A program made the position numbers and the translations under genes. A model generated the notes under the pieces. That model searched no databases. It saw nothing but the letters and a program-made list of their open reading frames with translations, and had not been told where the DNA came from. Below are positions 52,076-64,000 of a DNA stretch of 64,000 nt, one piece after another; the stretch's first letter is position 1; every line of letters begins with the position of its first letter. This stretch comes from Magallana gigas (taxonomy: Eukaryota). The DNA lies in NCBI RefSeq assembly GCF_963853765.1, contig NC_088859.1, positions 27,838,001-27,902,000 of the forward strand, written 5' to 3'.

Positions 52076-53809
52076 TTACTGTAGATACTTGTAGACTGTC
52101 AATGTGTTGGTTTTCCATTGTCCCACATGGAGGTGGCTCTCATCATCTGCACACACACCAAAGGGAAGTATCCCTTGTTGTGGTGTGAGTAGTAGAGACA
52201 AGAACTGACCGTCCTGATCAATGATTACAAGTGTACTATTGCCAGGATAACCGTTACAGACAATGATGTGACCAAGGAGATCATTGCAGATACCATAGGG
52301 AAAAAACCTTGACCCTTGACCAGTGTAGGAGAACCTGTGTTGTCCTGATTTATTCACCACCACTACAGCATATTTGTTAAAGTCTGAGGTACAGATATCA
52401 CCATTGATGTTTTTTGTGATGTAGCGTGGATAACTATACAGTCCCTGTCCTTTGTTGTCCCTCTGTATGTTCTGTATTTCTTTTCCTGTCTTGTTGTACC
52501 TGGTGACTTTAGCTTCTATACCTTTTTTCATCCCCACCAGTATGTCCCCATTGATGCGGGAGGAGTGTATGCTGATTGGTTCCCAGTCACCTGTTTTAAT
52601 AAATGTAGTGACTGTATTATCCTGTTTTATCCTATTGATGACTTTGTTCTTTCTGTTTGTATAGATCAGATCCCCGTCCTGTGTGACTGTGTGGTAGCCC
52701 TCAGATCCACCACTGGTTTGTATCTTCTGTACCTGATTCCCCTTTAAATCTGTTTGGACAAGGTTACCATAACAATCACTGAACCAGAGTCTGCCTGATT
52801 TACCTAGTGATATATGATATACATTGTCAACACCTGGTACTGTGTACTCCCTGACCTTGGTGACAGAGGATGACAGAGACAGTGTTGGTTTCACGTCAGA
52901 TTCCTCTACGTCTCGTCTCGTCTGTTTCCCTGGAAGTTTTAACTGTGTAGAGGCATTCTCCATGGGTTTTATTCTTCTATTATCAGGCTTGATGTTCGGA
53001 AAATTTACACTACCAAGCAACTTAGAAACTTCGTCTTTGTCGAAATGGCCGGCAGTAAACACTGGTAAAACTGGTTCTATTGTCCCTGGTATAGATTGGA
53101 TTTTTAAATTTTCAAAATCATCAGAAAATAAAACTCTGAAGTTGGTTATGGACTTGTAGCTGTGAAACTCCTTCAGAAGTTTTTCAAGATATTCAGTGTA
53201 TTCCTCATAAGTTTTTTCCTGTGTATTTAATGTTTTGAGAAGTGTTTCTTCTATTTTATTGGCTTCTTCCAATTTGTCTGATGTGACCTTATCAACTAAT
53301 TCTTTTAAAGAGTCAGCTTCAGTCTTAATGGAATTTCTGATGTCGTCCATAGTCTTCTTTATTGCCATGACATCTTCTTTTATCTCTTTTTTTAAATCTT
53401 GTGATGTTGAGAGGTAATACTCTTGGATTTTCGAGATTTTGGATCTGCAAAATGCGATCTTTTCTGCGTATTTTTCTTCCAGATCGTCAAGTTGATGACC
53501 GGTGTGCTCTTTCATGAAGATACACTTAGCGCAAAGAGGGACATTACATTCCTTACAAAGAATTTCTACATTTCGTTTTGGATGGAGATTGCATTTCTCC
53601 TCTGGAAGTTGTGGTTTGCGTTGTTTGTAAGGGACCACTTCATGGTCCTTGGTATCAGGACTTTCCTGATGTTCGTCTCTGCATCGTTCACATAATCTTT
53701 GGTGACAAGGATTGCAATAGAACTGACAGTTCCTCTTACAGTCTTCAGTGCCACAAACCAAATAGTGCTGGGCCATCGCCGGTATTTCTTCTTCTGCAGA
53801 CATTGCCAT
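52076..53809 (-). CDS. RING-less TRIM-like B-box/coiled-coil/NHL protein, copy C, 577 aa
   Basis: Intact ORF colinear with copies A and B; acceptor retained. Confidence 0.92.
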   Translation of the reverse strand: MAMSAEEEIPAMAQHYLVCGTEDCKRNCQFYCNPCHQRLCERCRDEHQESPDTKDHEVVPYKQRKPQLPEEKCNLHPKRNVEILCKECNVPLCAKCIFMKEHTGHQLDDLEEKYAEKIAFCRSKISKIQEYYLSTSQDLKKEIKEDVMAIKKTMDDIRNSIKTEADSLKELVDKVTSDKLEEANKIEETLLKTLNTQEKTYEEYTEYLEKLLKEFHSYKSITNFRVLFSDDFENLKIQSIPGTIEPVLPVFTAGHFDKDEVSKLLGSVNFPNIKPDNRRIKPMENASTQLKLPGKQTRRDVEESDVKPTLSLSSSVTKVREYTVPGVDNVYHISLGKSGRLWFSDCYGNLVQTDLKGNQVQKIQTSGGSEGYHTVTQDGDLIYTNRKNKVINRIKQDNTVTTFIKTGDWEPISIHSSRINGDILVGMKKGIEAKVTRYNKTGKEIQNIQRDNKGQGLYSYPRYITKNINGDICTSDFNKYAVVVVNKSGQHRFSYTGQGSRFFPYGICNDLLGHIIVCNGYPGNSTLVIIDQDGQFLSLLLTPQQGILPFGVCADDESHLHVGQWKTNTLTVYKYLQ

Positions 53810-55572
53810 CTCTAAAAGATTTTATTTTTGGAAGTGAAGGTTATTGATGATAAGCATATTACTGGCGTACATTATATCTATGATCTCATTATATTTCAAA
53901 AAATGAAGAAAAAAAAGTAAAAAAGTGAATACGCAATATATTAAAATTACACCCGGATCTCATTATTTCAAAACAAAACGAATACAGAAATAAATACGCA
54001 ATTTATTAAAATTACCCCCCCCCCCCCCCGAAAAAAAAGCCTGGATCCACACTCGAATGAACAGAGTTACTTCTCTTTGATCTACAGAATAAACGAAACC
54101 AAAACTACATTCACCTTCATTTCATTGCATTTGCTTTCTAAACTTTGCAGATGGGATTTAATAAATCGAGAGAGTTTGAAATATTATAGTTTCAATTTGC
54201 TTATTTATATCAGAATGTCATTCTTTTATGATGAAGGCTTTGCTTGTCATGCACTTTTCTGAAGGAGTCATAAATCATTTCAGTAATAGACTCTTCCCAT
54301 TTTCAGTGGCGTCGAAAGCAAATTGAAAGGAAGGGGGGGGGGGGGGGGGGTTGCAAAAATAAAAGTGCCCCCCCCCCCCCCGGTTCCGACGCCTATGCAT
54401 TTGCTTTCTTGATGGTGATGGTCGCTTGACTTTGTGACACATATTAAGAAGGTGACCCACTTAAATAAAATATACTTTTTTGTGTCCAAAGATATATGTG
54501 AAACAAAGTTCTTCTAAATTATTATGAAATACATGAGATCGAGATATCTTAAATTCATTGGCATATATTACATGTAAATGTTCTATACTTACTGTTTCCT
54601 GGGATAAATATTTAACGACAAAGTAGGTGGGAATGTCGATAAGAGAGATTTCAATGAGAATTTACGAGACTTGTTTTATACTTCCTCGTTCTGAGGACCA
54701 TAGGTAAATCTGGCGCGGATTTAATTTATTTTTAAATGACGGAGGTAGATATAAGTACAAGTAATAAAGTTTTTTTTCAAGTTTGATTGTAAAATATTGC
54801 ACGCAAACAAAAGGTACTGTCATGTTGATATAATATCAATTGTTTCTCTAAAATATCGAGTAAAAACTGTCTTTTATTCTATAGAATAATATCCACATGG
54901 AAGATTTGCCTTTGGCTTTTATTTACCTGTTGTTTTGACTCCACCATCGCATTCGTGGATTCGGAAAAAAACTGTACGGTGACGGAAGGGGGGTTCCGAG
55001 CGATAATTTTGTTTGACGGAGGGGGGGGGGGGGGTCGAAGCTTATTTTCGGTAAATTTAATATAAAAATTTGAATTTTGAATCCCTGCCCCCTCTAGATT
55101 CGCGTATGCATCGACAAACAGATCTTATTTTTTTTTTTTATATATATATATAAATTATATTTAAGCATTTTAACCCAGTGTTTAAAAAATATTGTTTTGT
55201 CTTTAAACAAAAAATGTTTATCATTCTAAATTGGTTCTTGAAATATTTTATTTTATGTTTTATACAGATGGCGTTTTCAAGATTTTTCTTTCCCAAATCA
55301 GTTACCTAACAGCGTAGCGAATGGGTTTTAAAAAATCATTAAAATTGGTCCTTGTGAGTAAGGAAAATATTATTTAGCGGCCGACATGTGCTAAAAAAAA
55401 CATTTAAAATCACATGCTTACGTTGGATGTTAAAGTAAATTTTCATTTTAATTCATATTTGTTTATTTATTTTGAAATGTTACAAAGCAAAATGCATTTT
55501 TTGAATGTATTTTGGTTTGACGACATATGCCCCCCCCCCCCCCCCCTCGTGAAACAACAAACCCTTTTGTAT

Positions 55573-55862
55573 ATGCGCAGCAAAGATTTTTACATACAAA
55601 AAAATTGAATTAACAAGGAGTCCCCCCCCCCCCCCACTTATGGGACCATGTAAAAAATTGAATTGAAAATAAGAAAATAAGTGAAATTGAAGTTGAAGGT
55701 ATACTATTCCCCCTCCCCCTTCCCCCACAGATTAGGATTTTCAGAATTTTGGAAAGTAACCTTTTTCCTTTTTTTTCTTTTCTTTTTTTTTTCTTTTGCT
55801 TGTCAAGATTTTTTGGATGAGCCTACCCCCCCCCCCCTTTCAAAAACGATGCTACGTGCCTG
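55573..55862 (-). mobile_element. MITE (caggcacgtagcatc family), present in unit C, absent at the unit A site
   Basis: Ends gatgctacgtgcctg; interrupts ggtatgaatat, which is contiguous at ~26980. Confidence 0.7.
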
Positions 55863-57170
55863 AATATGCTAAAGTAGTTTCTATTATGAAATGAGCTGTT
55901 TTAACCCAAAATACAACGTTTTCTCTCTTTGTTTGATCAAATCATTTATACATGTATTTAATGAGAATATGCATAAATGTTTACATTGTCATAAAAAATA
56001 AATTTAATTAGACAATTATCAAAAAATGACTTTTAGTTAGGCGGATAGACAATGCTATCGTTCGCAGTCCATATCAAGGCGAGGGTATAGAATATTTTGG
56101 ATGGATCATTTTTTCATCAGGCGTGTTGTGTCCATGCAGTTTTCAGTGCTCGGAATTAGAATATCTAATATTCCACCTTCCTGTAATATACCAATCAATA
56201 ATTTTTTGGAATATCTCTATCTTTAAAGAAACATCAGCATAATGAACATATTTATACTTTCGTCTATTTTCAAACGGTTTTGATTCCCAAAAATTTGATC
56301 GTTATTTTTTATTATTAAAGATAAAATATAATTATAGGCTAATAGATAAAGTAACGTTGAAGTGGGGCACCCGGGGATTTTTTAAGACTTAATCATTACT
56401 AATATTTCAATCAATCTACCGGATTTTTATAAAGAATTTTCATCCATATTTTAAATATTTTGTTTGAGATGATATTTTTCTTGAGTTTGAAATATAAGAA
56501 GTTTCACTTTAACAAATCGAAAGCTAATACAAATATTAGATATTTCTTCATTTATTTACAGTATTTCTAGAATTGTGATAGGGTTTGGCCAATGCTGATT
56601 TATGACCGGGTTCATATTTTTTCGGGGGGGGGGGGGGGTATTATTGATAATTTTTCAATGTGAGTGAAATGAAGCAAATAAGTTTAAAATTTTTAGGGAG
56701 TCCGGTTCCCCTACACCCTCTAGATTCATGCATGTGACTTTTTTCCACAACAAACATTATTAATTTTTTTAGATTAACCTATAAAAAATTGAATTTTGAA
56801 GAACTTGCCCCTTCCCTTTATTAGAGAATGTAAAATATAAAATATAAAAGGAAAGTTAACAAAATTGACAGTAAAACAGACGTTTTACATACTTTGAAAC
56901 CACTAACCCCCCACTCATTAGCAGATTGGCAAATATTTATTTTCTTGAGTGGTGGGCGGGGGGGGGGGGGCTCTGTCCCCTTCCTTGATGCTATGTGTCT
57001 GTCATTCTAAGAGAATGCATCCCTTAAAGGCTTTAGTAAATTAAAAATGCTTGTTTTGATTTGAGGGGGTGAGAAGGATTTATTCCGGAATAAGATTATC
57101 CAGTTTTGTTCTCTTCTAACACTCACATTTATACTGCGTGACACATTTCCTGCAGACGGCAGAGAGGTGA

Positions 57171-63335
<6,165 letters not shown>

Positions 63336-64000
63336 TGATACATATAGAAAATAGTTTAGTTTAAATTTCCCATACAGCAGTTTTCAAGTTGTGTCGACTC
63401 GAGTAAGAGTTGTTGTACATAAACAGCATACTACACAAGGTTCCATTTAGAGTGCTCTTTATAGTGAATGATACATGTACAAATACACTATAAAAGCATT
63501 TTCTATTCAATCATTTTTGAAGACGTGCATATACCGGTATAGTACTAAGGAGGAGTTGTTTTACAATATAGATACTGTAAAACTTGTTTAAAACATGAAC
63601 AAAGTGAAAACTTGTTCCCTACAAAAAAAAAAAAAAATTATGAATAGAACAAAGTCACCAAACTGATTTTGAGCCCAGCACTGGAAATATAAATTTACCT
63701 AATTTATTACAAATAGTTTTCTATCATTAAAAATAATACTTATATAGACATAATTGTTTGAGTGAATTTATTTTCATTGTATTTAAACAGACTTGATCTT
63801 CCATGTATGCTTGAAAAATCTTCAGCTAGGATTATGGTGATTTCTCGCTTATTTTCCTCCAGTTTCCCATGTATTGCAAGAAATCTACATGAATATATTT
63901 TTATTTTTATATGCCTGGTATCTATATTCTTAAATATAAAAAAAATATTTAAAAGAAAAGTTTAAAGAACAGCAAGTTACCCTTGTTAATTAATTAATTA

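Overview
AT-rich eukaryotic (metazoan) genomic DNA. An ostreid bivalve is likely, inferred from the RING-less B-box/coiled-coil/NHL TRIM paralogues and poly-G-rich MITEs. Left end: a complete 13-coding-exon MFSD1-family transporter gene (minus strand) and a 142-N assembly gap. The rest is a tandem triplication of a 14-18 kb cassette (units A 12581-31102, B 31103-46063, C 46064-~59782): [Tctex1-domain exon (+)] - [TRIM B-box/NHL gene (-)] - [PGM1 exons 1-3 (+)]. The breakpoints fall inside genes, so only the Tctex1 gene in A and the PGM1 gene in C are whole. The TRIM ORF is intact in all three units and is diversified mainly in its beta-propeller loops. Unit A carries an intact Ty3/Gypsy retrotransposon (identical 449-bp LTRs, ATAG TSD, -1 frameshift heptamer plus predicted pseudoknot), antisense within the predicted TRIM 5'-UTR intron. 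Several unit-specific MITE insertions are present, one with a probable excision footprint in the sister copy. All alignments and counts were done by hand; nothing was searched against databases.
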